NCBI GenBank assembly: GCA_963845755.1
Contig: CAWJTV010000012.1
Location: forward strand, 128,001 to 192,000
Length of the DNA: 64,000 nucleotides
Origin: an uncultured Planctomycetota bacterium
GTDB taxonomy: Bacteria > Planctomycetota > Planctomycetia > Isosphaerales > Isosphaeraceae
Direction: 5' to 3'
Shown here piece by piece: positions 35,684 through 46,384 of this stretch. The notes beneath the pieces were generated by a model. It was not told the DNA's origin, did not search any database, and was given only the letters and a program-made list of their open reading frames with translations. The stretch's first letter is position 1. The number at the start of each line of letters is the position of its first letter. The position numbers and the translations under genes are program-made.

Positions 35684-36082
35684 ATAGGGGTAGGGAGCGC
35701 CGATTGGTCTCAGCCCCCCCTCCCTCCAAACCGTGCAGGCGGATCTCCCGCACACGGCTTTCCAGTCAGTGGTTTTACTTGACTCGGTGCTCATTGAGAG
35801 CGTCGAGTATGCTCAGTTCGCTCAGGGAGTCAGCGAACGGCAGGCTTCCTCCGGCATTGCTTGCCTTCGCCGATCCTGGCCCGGTTTCCACCACCACATT
35901 CCATGCAATCCCGAGGCTCTCCACCGCGTCATTACTCGGCGTCATTGCTCGGTACGATTCCCCGCTCACGGCCACGCTCGAGAATATCCCAGCAACGGTC
36001 CAGGTTAACCGTCGGACCGCCTTCGATGAGGCCATATTGCTTCATACTGTCGAGCGCCAGCATCGCTTCCGCGGCATCCTAC
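35684..36082 (-). ncRNA. ORF-less group II intron (about 400 nt)
   Basis: 34-nt domain V AAAGCCGTGTGCGGGAGATCCGCCTGCACGGTTT (35728-35761; AGC triad, GAGA loop) and domain VI ending CCCTACCCCTAT. The 5' boundary is inferred (GTAGG, non-canonical). Confidence 0.75.
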
Positions 36083-37213
36083 GTAGCTATCCTCTTCCGC
36101 GATCCGCGCCTCGATCTTTTCGATCGCCTCTTCGAGTGTCATCCCTTCGGGCAGGTCGTCAACGGGCGTGCCGTCGTCGCACGCCTGCACGAGGCGGTCG
36201 CGCACCGCTTCCAGCCCCGCATACCTGATGATCTTCCGAGCGACATCGTCTTGCATCAGCTCCTTGTTCCTCACCGCGATCGCCCGCGCAAGCTCATCGC
36301 CGCCTTGGGGCAAGCCCAGTTGTGCCACGGCTTCCGCAACCCGTCGGCACAGGGAGAGGATGGCCCCCGGCTCGAGCCCCGTATGCCGCTGAATTTCATC
36401 ATCAGACACGCCCGGCTCCGCCAGGTACATCTGGTGAATAAGGTAGAACCACTGGCGCACCGGAACGGGCGAATCCTCGAAGAGCACGCCGGTCGTGACG
36501 GCGTACGACTTTCCGCACGCCGGGCAGGCGACCTCAGCCGGCGGATCGTCTCCTGCCTCCGCCCCGCAGTAGGGGTAGGCCGGGCCGTCCGGCCACCGCA
36601 CCCATTCCAGCAGCCAAAGCGCCACCGCCTCTTCGGCGAATATTCTGCGAAGCGTCTCCTCTTCCATGTTGCCGAGCATGGCGAGGAGGTCAAGCAGCGG
36701 AAAGCCCGTCGCAGCGGCCTCGTTACTACCGGCAGGCTCATTGCCGGGCAACCCTTTGGCCGCCCGCCGGACGGCGTCCAGCGGTGCCTCGCAAGGATTC
36801 TCCGCGAGAATTCCCGCGGCAATCAAATGGCGGAACGCGGCACGCAGACCCGTCAGGTAAGTAGCCGTCGAATGGGGTGACATCCTGGCGCTGAGTTCGG
36901 CGGCGTAGGCGGAAACATCCGCAGGGCTGATCGATTCCAGGGCCAGCCCGTGAACTTCAGCCCAACGGAAGAATCGCCCTGCCTGCTGCCGGTAGAGATT
37001 GCGCGTAGCCCCGCTCCAATCCGGCTGATTCAGGAACGCGAGGTACGCCGCCACTGCCCCCTCCCCGGCGGCGCGCACCGATTCGGGCACGTTCCTAGGC
37101 ATGCTGGTTTCGGGCCGGATGGCCGTCGGCCCCGGGTCGAACGGCATACACCCCACGGGCATGTCATCGCCGGGAGAGCGCAGGGGAGCGGTGTGTTGGA
37201 TTTCCTCGGGCAT
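36083..37213 (-). CDS. Fusion of integrase N-terminal SAM-like domain and IS1595-like Zn-ribbon/HTH; 3' end interrupted by the intron
   Basis: TRNLY..AGRFFRWAE..LESISPADVSAY..YLTGLRAAFRHL..ENP; VRWPDGP..CPACGKSYAVTTGVLFEDS.VPVRQWF. Confidence 0.7.
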
Positions 37214-37228
37214 TTCCTTCTCCTTCGC

Positions 37229-37655
37229 TCAGTGGCGCTCGCAGCCACGCAGCAGCGCAACGCGGCCATACAGCGGGCTGGCCCGCTTCTGAAACGTCCC
37301 GTCTGCCGTGACCAGCTCGGCATCGAGCTTGCGCCGCGGCGAGGTACAGACAGTCCTGCAAGTTGTGCTTGATCTCCAGCGAGAGATTCAGCGCTTCATC
37401 CAGCAGATCCGCCTCCGGGACCAGCGTGATGGCCCCGATTCCAAGATGGCGCAGCCAGTTCCGGCACCGTGCTTGGGTTTCTTCCTGCCCCGCCTCGCCC
37501 GTCCGCACACAGCGAGTGACGGCGGCTAGGACCTCCAGCCGGATGAGGTCGGGGGCGAACAGCCGGCCTGGGCTGTCCATCAACTCCAGCGCGGCTTCCG
37601 TGCTGATCTCCGGCAGATACCATTTCGCGGCGACATTGGCGTCTACCACGATCAT
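37229..37655 (-). CDS. vapC: PIN-domain VapC toxin (frameshift near 37335)
   Basis: MIVVDANVAAKWYLPE..APDLIRLEV..HNLQDCLYLA. Confidence 0.85.
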
Positions 37656-37792
37656 CCGCGCCGATCCCTGTCCTCACGGATCACCTTGGCGCTGTCGGAA
37701 AACGTCCCGTATTTCGCGCGGAGTTCATCCAAGCCGGCCCGTAGCTCTTGGGCGATCGCGCGCTTCTTCGCCCGCGCCGCGTAAGCGTTCAC
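37652..37792 (-). CDS. Probable antitoxin (start uncertain)
   Basis: ..DELRAKYGTFSDSAKVIREDRDRRG, overlapping the vapC start by ATGA. Confidence 0.65.
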   Translation of the reverse strand: MNAYAARAKKRAIAQELRAGLDELRAKYGTFSDSAKVIREDRDRRG

Positions 37793-38263
37793 GCCTCGGT
37801 ACAGCGTTTTTCCGGAAAGGTGTCCAACGAGCTGGGGGGAACTTTGAGCGAGGCGGAGGGACCACGGCGATGGGCCCGATCTCGAGTTTGACCGCGAGGA
37901 AGTTGTCGAAGCATTACCCGCAGGGGTGTTAATAGCGGAAGAGGTCGCCGGTGCCGTGCTCCGCGACATGGTAGTGAGCAGCAGCCCCGACAGCGAAATC
38001 CTCTCCGCGGCGGCCGGCCTCCCGCCCGAGGTCCTTCGTGCACTACTCGGCCTACTCCGCGATGTCCGGGGTGCCAGCTTCAGGTGGATGCAGCTTCGGT
38101 TAGGCGCGAGCCCGTCAGCCCCGGATTCCCTCGATCCGGCGGGCTTGCGCCGGGTGTGCGAACTACTGGACCGCACGCATCCCGAGCGGGGTGCTCAAGG
38201 CGATCGGGGAGAGTGACGGCACCGGTTGACCATGTCGGTGGGCCCGATGGCACTGGGATAGTA

Positions 38264-38340
38264 TTTGTGGGGTCCGCTGTGCGGACCGTCCGTCGCCGGG
38301 CCCTCGGATCGAAGACGGTCCGCACAGCGGACCCTACAAA
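38264..38340. repeat. REP doublet (REPIN-like palindrome)
   Basis: TTTGTGGGGTCCGCTGTGCGGACCGTC ... GACGGTCCGCACAGCGGACCCTACAAA; GTAG-type REP arms. Confidence 0.8.
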
Positions 38341-38586
38341 GCAAGGCAAAGCGGCGCCTCGAACACGCGAAACACGTACCCCAATCGGGAATCGGGCATC
38401 GTCCCATTGACCATGCGTTCCTCAACAGGAGAGCGGGGAGCCGACCGCGAGGCTCGGTTCACGGACGCCCGAGCCGGAGGCAGCGCCCGACTTGCCCTTG
38501 AGGAAGGTATTCGGGGCGGTTATCCTGAAGGCCTTCGACAAACGTCGAAGCCCCGGTTCGAGAGATGAACCCCTGGGAGGCGAACG

Positions 38587-39795
38587 ATGAGGCTGATGTT
38601 ACTCTCAACGGTCCTGGCGGGCGGAACCCTGGCATTCGCAGGGCCGTCCGAGTTCCAGCCGCCGGTGAGGCTCAAGGCGGCCGGCGTGCCGGTGCGGGTC
38701 GACGAGCCGGGCTGGGCATGCCCGTGCTGGGCCGACATTGATGGCGACGGCAAGAAGGACCTGCTCGTCGGGCAGTACCGCGATGGGAAGATCCGCGTCT
38801 ACAGGAACCTCGGGGACGGAAAGCTCGCGCCGGGCGAGTGGCTGAAGGCCGACGGCGCTGTGGCCGAGATCCCGGGCGTGTGGTGATGCACCACCTCCAC
38901 TCCACAGTTTGTGGACCTCGACTGCGACGGCCGGCGCGACATCCTCTCCGGCTCCTATTCCCGCAGGGGAAACGACCACATGGCGGGCCTGTTCCAGGTC
39001 CTGTACGGCAAGCCGGACGGGACGTTCCGCAAGGCTGAGGTGCTGAAGGGCACCGACGGCGAGCCGCTGATCATCCCCGTCCGGAGCAAGCCCGGCAAAG
39101 GGGACGACTGGGCCAATGGTATCTGCACCCGGCCGTTCGCGGTCAACTGGGACGGTGACGGCCACCTCGACCTGGTCGTCGGCACTCTCCCCGGCTTGTT
39201 CTACCTGTTCAAGGGTCAGGGGCACGGCAAGTTCCTCCCCAAGCCGGAGGAGATGAAGGCCGGCGACCGGCCGCTGAAGTTCGAGGGCTATCACGGCGAC
39301 CCGTTCGTGGTCGACTGGGACGGCGACGGCGACCTTGACATCCTCAGCGGGTCGGACGAGGGGGGCGTGCAATGGGCCGAGAATCGCGCCGGGCCGGGCA
39401 AGCCGCCCCGCCTTGAGCCGTTCCGAATGCTGATCGAGCACGGCCCCAAGATCGAGTACGGCCAGATCCTGCAAGATGCGGACCTCAAGGGGCCGCTGGG
39501 CGACACGCGCATCTGGGTTAACGACGTCAATTCCGACGGGAAGCTCGATATCCTGGTCGGCGACCTGGCGCCGCTGATCTCCCCCGCCGACGGCCTGAGC
39601 GAGGAGGAGTTCAAGACGCGGTTCGCCGAATGGACGAAGGCGCTTGGCGAGGCGGGCGAAAAGATGCAGGCGGCGAGGAACGACAAGGAGAAGCGGCAGG
39701 AGGCGCAGCAGCGCTACGTGCAACTCTACGAGCAGCGGCTGCAGTTCATGAAGGAGGACCGGACGGGCTTCATCTGGCTATACCTCCGCAAGTGA
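38587..39795 (+). CDS. Secreted FG-GAP/VCBS repeat protein with in-frame TGA (candidate selenoprotein)
   Basis: Signal peptide and D.DGDG..DLLVG repeats. ORFs 38587..38886 and 38911..39795 share a frame, separated only by TGA 38884-38886 (PGVW*CTTSTPQFVDLDCDG). Confidence 0.8.
38901..38915 (+). promoter_or_regulatory. Putative bacterial SECIS hairpin
   Basis: TCCACA-GTT-TGTGGA; the loop starts with G, 20 nt after the TGA. Confidence 0.5.
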
Positions 39796-39922
39796 CCGTG
39801 CTTTCTCTCGTTGGCGAATTGGCAGGGCCCGGCATGACCTCGGTTGTGGCGGGGCCGGTCATGCTTTCGCCGTCTCCGTTCACGGGGAAGACGCCCCTAC
39901 GACCATCCTGCAAGTGCTCCAC

Positions 39923-41444
39923 GTAGCCGGTCACAGGGCGGCAAAGTTGGAATCAGGTGGCTTTGATTTCCGCTTGAGCGACCGGCAGGAGGGAGGGGAT
40001 CGCTTGGCCGTTCCGAGCCGCTTGGAAACACGAACTCAGATAGTCGAGGACGTTGCGTCCTTGCTGCCGGCACGTGGCGACCACTGTAAACATCCGCTCG
40101 ACGAACCGGCTCCCCGCCTTGCTATCGGTTCCCCCGCTGATCCGACGCCAGATCACCGCGTGACGCACGGCGCGCTCCGCCGCATTGTTCGTCGGCTCCA
40201 CGCCGGGGAACCACACGAAGTTCCAGAGACCTTCTTCCACTCGGAGGATCTCCGCGCAGGTTCCCGCCGTCATGGCGCACCGGCACACCGTGCCGTCCTC
40301 CAACGCACGGCGAACCGCGGGTCGGAGCCGGAGAATCGATTCCCGCATGCAATCGTACTCCAGGGTGCCGTCCCGCGCCCGCGCCAGAAACCGAAAACCC
40401 GGTCCGACAGCCTCATTAGCCGCCGTCCGATCACCCCCGCCTCGCCACCCCGGTCGATCATCGCCTGGAAGTCACGGCGGAGATGACTCCAGCAGATCTG
40501 CCGCCAGAACGCCCAGATCCAGTTGTACGCGCTGAACCGATCGCTGCCGACGACCTGATCTTCCTTGTCCCCCAACACAGTCCGAGCGACCTTGCCAGAG
40601 CGAGCCGCGGCGATGGTAAAGACCGTGGCCATCGCGGTCACCGTCACCCACAGCCAGGCCTTGCGTCGGTTCTCGCGCCACCCCGTCTCATCGATGTTGA
40701 CGACCTCAGCCTGATGGACCGCGTCGGCCAATTCCTGATAAGGCGCTGCCAACGCCAGAGCCGACTGCTGCTCCAACTTGGAGATCATCCCGGTGGAGAT
40801 CGACAGGCCAAACAGGTCGGCGGAGAGTTGCTGGATCTGCCGCTTGCTGAGACGGTAGGCACCCGCCAAGGTCGCCAAGACGGCCTGCAGAGAGAGGCCA
40901 AAGCTCCCGGTGGGAACACCCTCGGGCAGAGTGCCGCAGGTGGTCACTCCACAGTCCGGGCAGGTGAGGCGATGCAACCGGTATTGGTTGACGACTGGCT
41001 CAATCTTGGGCAGGTCGGCGACCTGATGGATCAAGGGCGTCGGATCTTCGCCGTGCAAGTCGTGGCCGCACCGCCGGCAGGAACGGGGCTTGCAATCGCG
41101 GCACGACCGGAGTTTCTCGGGCGGGACCAACGTGCGGAACGCCTTGGGATGGCCGGGTTGTGCGCCGCGGCTTCGTCCGGAGGGCGGAGCCGGAGGCTTG
41201 CGCTTCAGTCCGATGGGATCGGTGGAGGGCGGCTTGGACGAGTTGGTGGAGTTCTGGTTAAGCCGGCGCTCGAGCTCGGCGATCCGTTGGTAGAGGGAGT
41301 TCAAGAGGGCCAGTAGCGCGGCTTGGGCCTCGGGCGGAACAGTGTCCCAGAGAGGCTCAGGAATCGGAGGCTTCGACAGTGGAGGGATCATGCCAAGAAT
41401 ACTACGAACTTGCTGAACAAAAGGTTCGGACCGTGAACGGGCAC
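39923..41444 (-). mobile_element. IS66-family (single-ORF ISBst12-like) element; transposase 39953..41391, frameshifted near 40380
   Basis: IRs GTAGCCGGTCAC / GTGAACGGGCAC; LNQNSTNSSKPPSTD, IDETGW, SDRFSAY, QICWSHLRRDF, TNNAAER. Confidence 0.88.
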
Positions 41445-41471
41445 CTTTCCATAATGGTCCTTATAGAAGGT
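41444..41471 (+). other. dif/Xer-like site candidate
   Basis: CCTTTCCATAA TGGTCC TTATAGAAGGT; arms are near-inverted around a 6-bp spacer. Confidence 0.4.
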
Positions 41472-41502
41472 TCGTCGTTATCTGTACTTTCCGCGATTCT
41501 CT

Positions 41503-42185
41503 TCACTCTGATGCAGCCAGGTTGCGTAGGCGCCCGGCGGCGGCCTGGATTTCGGCGTGGGTGGCCTCAGGGCGGAGAACCGCCTGAATCTCCTCGGCCA
41601 GTGATTCCCGGCGCCACGGCCGACGCTTATCCGCAGGGCTCGGGCGACGATTCGGGTGGTCCCACGGCGATGTCTGGGGGCCCACCAACTCCTCCACCGA
41701 CCGCCTCCAGGCCGAAGCCTTGGTCATCGTGAAGGTCCAGAGGCAGACCTGGAACGCGCCGATGTTCGCCCAGAAGGACCGCACCGGCTGCTGGCCGACC
41801 CCGACGACTTCCTTGCAATCGCGGAAGGCCGTCTCCAGGGCGAACCGGTCTCCGGCGGTCGTCAGGATCTCCGCGACGGTCGCCGACGGCTCGGTGCAGA
41901 AGAACGCCACCCAACCCGTCGGCTCACCCACCAGTACCACTCGGATCACCCCGCTGGCCGGCTGCCACGTCGCCAGGAACGTCTTGTACCGCTTGACCGT
42001 CGCCTCGCCGTACAGGATGAACAGGCCGGTGGTCCACCCGCGACGTTGTCCCGACCGCTTGGCCAGGTCGATGCGGTGCTCGCCTTAGCTCCGTGGCCGG
42101 CCGTGCCGCCCCTTCCCCCGGCTCGTCAACCTGGCCGCCAAAGACGCCCTGGAGCCCCTCAAGCCACGGTGGCGGGCGGACCATG
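41503..42185 (-). pseudogene. IS701-like transposase C-terminal remnant
   Basis: IRVVLV..GWVAFFCT..RFALETAFRDCKEVVGVGQQ..SPWD...RRPS.ADKRR; stop and indels upstream. Confidence 0.7.
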
Positions 42186-42506
42186 GGGTTGCGAGAGCGA
42201 GCCGGCGCTGACACACTCGATGGGTCCAGGCGTGATGGCCCCTCGTTGAGGAGGGTCGTATGGCTGACGAATCGAGTCACGGCGTTGGCGTCGGCTCGCG
42301 AATCCTCGTCGTCGATGACAACGTGGACTCGGCCGAGACCATGGCGAGGCTGTCGGAACTCTCGGGCCACGAGGTCCAGATCGCCCACGATGGTCCGCAA
42401 GCGATCGCGGCAGCCCGGCGATGGCGCCCGGAATTCGTCCTGCTGGACATCGGCCTGCCGGCGATGGATGGCTATGAGGTGGCCAGGCGGCTCCGGCAAG
42501 AAGCGG

Positions 42507-45500
42507 CGGTGTGCGTCACATTAGTTGGTGGTACAGGCGATCAGTTGTGCGAGAAATCGCGGCTCCAGAAGGCTTCCCATTGGCCTTTTTCGCTGCGGTA
42601 GAGCGCGCGGAGGTGGCAAACGGCATTGGCTCCGTCCTCGCCCCAACGCATGCCGGCCAACTTCAGTCGTTGGCCCACGACCGTTTTGCACGCGCGCTCC
42701 ACCGCGCCACTGCCGATGCACCAGCCGTGGGCCAAGTATTCGGGGTACTCCATCCGATGCGCGTTCCGCTGGAGGTAACCGACCAGTTCGTCGACGGCCT
42801 CGCTCAGGCCCACCCGGCGCGGCCAGTCCCCTTCGCGCAGGACCGCCGCCAGAACCGCGCCCCCTTCCTCCTTCAGGAGATGACACCATTGCCGCGCTTG
42901 ATCCTCGGATTGGTCCTCGTCCTGAGGGTAAAGCAGCCGTGCCAGTCCGGTGAGCTTCTCCGCGGGGTGAAAGAAGTCAAGGATGATCACTTCCACTCGC
43001 GGGAAGTTCTCCCGCAGCCGGTCCTCCAGCCCATTGCCGCCGTCGGAGAGCCCGATCCAACGATCGGCCCGATCCATGCCGACGTGCCCGGCCGGCGTGC
43101 GGAGCAGCGGACCGAAGTCTTCCAAGGAGTACATCCCCGAGAGGTAACGCGCCTGCATCGGCAACGGCTTCTCGTCCGGCCACGGCCATTCGGGACTGGG
43201 GTTGCAGACCATCCCCACGTAGGCCATCCGGCCCTCGGCGGCGCCGCCGGCCTGGCCTTGCTGCCGGACGCCAGTGGCGTCGAGTTCGACGTAGGCACAT
43301 CGGCGGCCGTCGTAGTCCTTGTGCCAGGGCCAATCCCCCTTGGGACCCAGCGCCACACCGGCCTGCACGACGTCCGCTAGCCGTTGACCCGCGCCTTCGG
43401 TGGTTCGTTCGACCGTGGATTCCCCGAGCCGAACGCCGGCCATCTCTTCGAGCAGTTCGCCCCCCTTCTCGAAACTGTCGGCGACCGTCCCGGCCAAGGT
43501 CGTGACCCGCTCCAAAGCGGGTGTCAGCTTCCGTGCCGTCAAGCCCGCCGCCTCATCGAACGGGAAGCTCCCCTGGCCACAGCACCGGCAGAGATAATAG
43601 GCGCGCTGGTAGGGGACAGGACCGACAAGGCTCAGAGGGGTAGGGGCGCGGTGCGAGTGGAATTCGGCGGTCATCCCACAGTGGGGGCAGGTCACACTGG
43701 AGCCGTGGTATCCGTTTTTTTCTAGGCTGGCAAAGTTAGCTGGAGGCAGCGGTGCTCCAAGTCCTTGAGATAGGCCTCGGGATTGTGACGGAACCGGCGT
43801 TGCTTCCGCCGCGATTCCCGTCGCACCTCCAACTCCGCGCGCCATTCCTGCCAGTCCTCAACATAGCCCGGGCTCAACACCAAGCCTTCGTCCGGCCGCA
43901 GCCGCGTCGCCAGCCCCGAGATCACCCGCGCCGAGCCCATCACCACCAGGCCCGGCGACCCCCGACGCCGACCGCTGGCCCGGCGCTCGTGGTAGCGATG
44001 ACTGCCGAAGGTGTGCTCCAGGTCGTTATTCGTCCGCGGCAGATCCGACGACTCGTAGCAGGCAAACAAGCCCGGCCAGTAGCTCCGGGTCACCTTCACG
44101 AACTGCTTCAAACCCGCCCGCACCGCGGGCTCGTCCGTCGTCGCCACCGCCCGGCGCATTCGCGCCAGCAGTTGCACCAGCCGCCGTCGCACCTTCTTCG
44201 CCGGCAGCCCCTCCTCGTTCTTGAGGATCCGGGCGGCGCGCTTGACCCATTGGTACGACTCGCGCACCGCCGGGAACAGCGCGGCCGTCTCCTCCAGCCC
44301 GCGCCGCAGCAATTGCCTCAGCCGTTTCAAACCCCCGGGCAGGTCGCCCGCCTTGGCGACGACATCGTCCAAGCTGGCGGCAATCCGGCTCAATCGATCC
44401 TGCCGCTTCAGCCCGGAGGCCGAAAGCGGTGGCAGTCCGTCGTCGGTCAAGGCCCCGCGCACCGCGGCGCAGTAGTCCCGCACCACCTCCGCCTCCGCGT
44501 CCTCCGCGTCGTCCTCCAGCTCCTTCTCCGCCTGGCGCTCGATCTTCCGGATGCCCCGCACCCGCTTCTTCAACTCCTTCTTGGCGTGGCGATCCGCCTC
44601 GTAGATCGGCTTGGCCGCCTCGCGGAAGTAGTGGAAATGGCAGAGCTGATGGGGGACACCTTTGAGGGCGATAGCCACGGCGTTGCGGATGCTCTCCTGA
44701 CCGTCGGAGACCACGCCGGTGATCGGCACCGGCAGGACCTTCCGCACCTGGTCGATCAGGCCGGCCAGGTCCTGGGCCGTGGACGACAGCAGGCTCTTGG
44801 CCAGGAGGATCTCGCCGGAGAGGCAGTCGCGCAGCACCCAGAGGACCTCGTGGCCGACATCCGGCTGCAGGCCGTCGATGGCCAGGATGACGCGGCCCTG
44901 CGGGCGCAACAGCGGACCGAGTCGCTGGGGATCGGCCGTGGCCAGGGACCGCAGCTCGTCGTAGCGGTCCAACAGGTTGGTGACGGTGCGTTCGGCCAGG
45001 ATGAGCCCGCGGTGCGTGAGCTCGCGGTGGATCTCGGGGATGCTGCGGTGCTCGGCATAGCGGAGCCGGCCGACCAGCGCCATGACGTCGAGTCCGAACT
45101 CATGATAAGGCAAGGCGAAGTGGGGCTCGGCCTCGGGCCGATAGGGGCGGAGGAAGCGGGGGCAGGTGGGATTGGGGCAGCGTCGGATGGTCAGGGTCAG
45201 TCGGAAGACGCCGTCGAGAGTACTGATGGTGCGATAGTTATTGTAGTCGGCATAGGTCCGGTGCTGGCATTCGGGGCAGTCAAGAAGGACCGGCGTCAGG
45301 GTCAGGGCCCGGTCCGGTTGCGGGCGTGGTCGTTGTCGTCGTTTGCGCATGGGTGGATTCCTCCCGGGGTTCGATCTCCTCTTTCTACGCTCCCGGAGGG
45401 CTTTCCAGCCACTTTTGCCAGCCTAGTTTTTTTTGCGCCAGTCGCTGTGCGAGGGCCTTGGCGGCAATCTTGTGGGCGAGGGCGCGAATCCGGAATTCGT

Positions 45501-45734
45501 TGTCGCCGAAGACGTGGGCATCGTCGGTGGTGGCGAGGGTGGCAGCGAGTTCGCCGATCTCGGCGTCGACGGCCTCATGGATGGCTCGGGCGAGGTCATC
45601 GATCTCGGCCTGCTTCTCGGCTGACAAGGGAGCGGCTGGCATGACAGACTCCGTTTCCTGGCGCAATTCTCCTCAACAACGTCCGCAATCCCTCTTGTGT
45701 ACAAAAAATCCACCAACTTTCAAGACGCCCACCG
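42507..45734 (-). mobile_element. ISKra4-family element (ORFs about 45427-45642 and 42541-43721), itself interrupted by ISNCY copy 2
   Basis: IRs CGGTGTGCGTCACATTAGTTGGTGG / CCACCAACTTTCAAGACGCCCACCG; 9-bp TSD AAGAAGCGG (42498-42506, 45735-45743); YVELDATG, SDGGNGL, ILDFFH, IGSGAVE..CK. Confidence 0.9.
43722..45426 (-). mobile_element. ISNCY-type insertion sequence, copy 2 (transposase 43722..45350)
   Basis: CTAGGCTGGCAAA inverted ends flanked by T7/T8; near-identical transposase to copy 1. Confidence 0.88.
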
Positions 45735-46141
45735 AAGAAGCGGGGTGCCAGGACGCCATCATCATCGCGGTGACGGGCTACGGTCAGCCGGAGGACCTCC
45801 AACGGACGAGGGCCGCCGGCATCGATCGTCACCTGCTCAAGCCGGTCGACCCGGGTGTACTGCAGTCGCTGCTGTCGCGAGCCGGGGCGGCCTCTGGGGC
45901 AGAAGGATGCTCGCCGGGACGTCCTGATTCCTCCACTGCGGACTCCGGACCGGCGTCCTCGCCCGGCGAAGGCTGAGGCGTCGTGGACTGCGGTCGCTCG
46001 ATCACCGGCCCTCCCCCTTCGGCTTGGGGGAATAAGTGGCAGAGGGCGCAGAGGGATCGGGTTCGCTCGAGGATGGATACGAGCATCCGGCCACAGCGGG
46101 AGCACTTCATCGGCATCGTCCCTGAGTTGGCTCATCCCGAG

Positions 46142-46384
46142 TCATGTGCCGTCGCCCGGCGGCTTGTCTTCCGGACAGAGGGTCAGTTCGAGGGCGTCGG
46201 CAAGCTTATCCACCGTGGCCAGATTCAACCCACGTTCGTCGTTGAGGAATCGCTGCACGGCGTCCACCGAGACTCCCGCCCGCTTCGCGGCGGCGTAGGC
46301 GGTCATATCCCGTTCGCCGAGGGTCTGGCGTAAAGGCCGTCCGATAGGCCCATTCCCATGGCGCCGCTTCTTGGTTCTCGGCAT
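46142..46384 (-). CDS. XRE/Cro-type HTH regulator
   Basis: MTAYAAAKRAGVSVDAVQRFLNDERGLNLATVDKLADALEL. Confidence 0.8.
   Translation of the reverse strand: MPRTKKRRHGNGPIGRPLRQTLGERDMTAYAAAKRAGVSVDAVQRFLNDERGLNLATVDKLADALELTLCPEDKPPGDGT

Larger units (their letters stand above)
42260..45976 (+). pseudogene. CheY-like response regulator split by ISKra4
   Basis: RILVVDDN..LLDIGLPAMDGYEVARRLRQEA | GCQDAIIIAVTGYG..HLLKPVD resumes at 45744. Confidence 0.88.

Noticed and set aside
36176..36182. GTGCGAC (minus) as the canonical 5' end of the group II intron
   Set aside because: It lies inside protein-like coding sequence (..DDLPEGMTLEEAIEKIEARIAEED). The boundary at 36082 fits better, though it remains unproven.
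25970..41452. Target-site duplications for ISL3 and IS66
   Set aside because: Flanks do not match (ATGAAGAA vs CAAAAAAA; TGCTCCAC vs CTTTCCAT), so no composite or clean insertion can be claimed.
45829..46116. Small CxxC..CxxC ORF (MPMKCSRCG..LCALCH)
   Set aside because: Its 3' half overlaps the response-regulator tail on the other strand and there is no other support. It may be real but cannot be supported from sequence alone.
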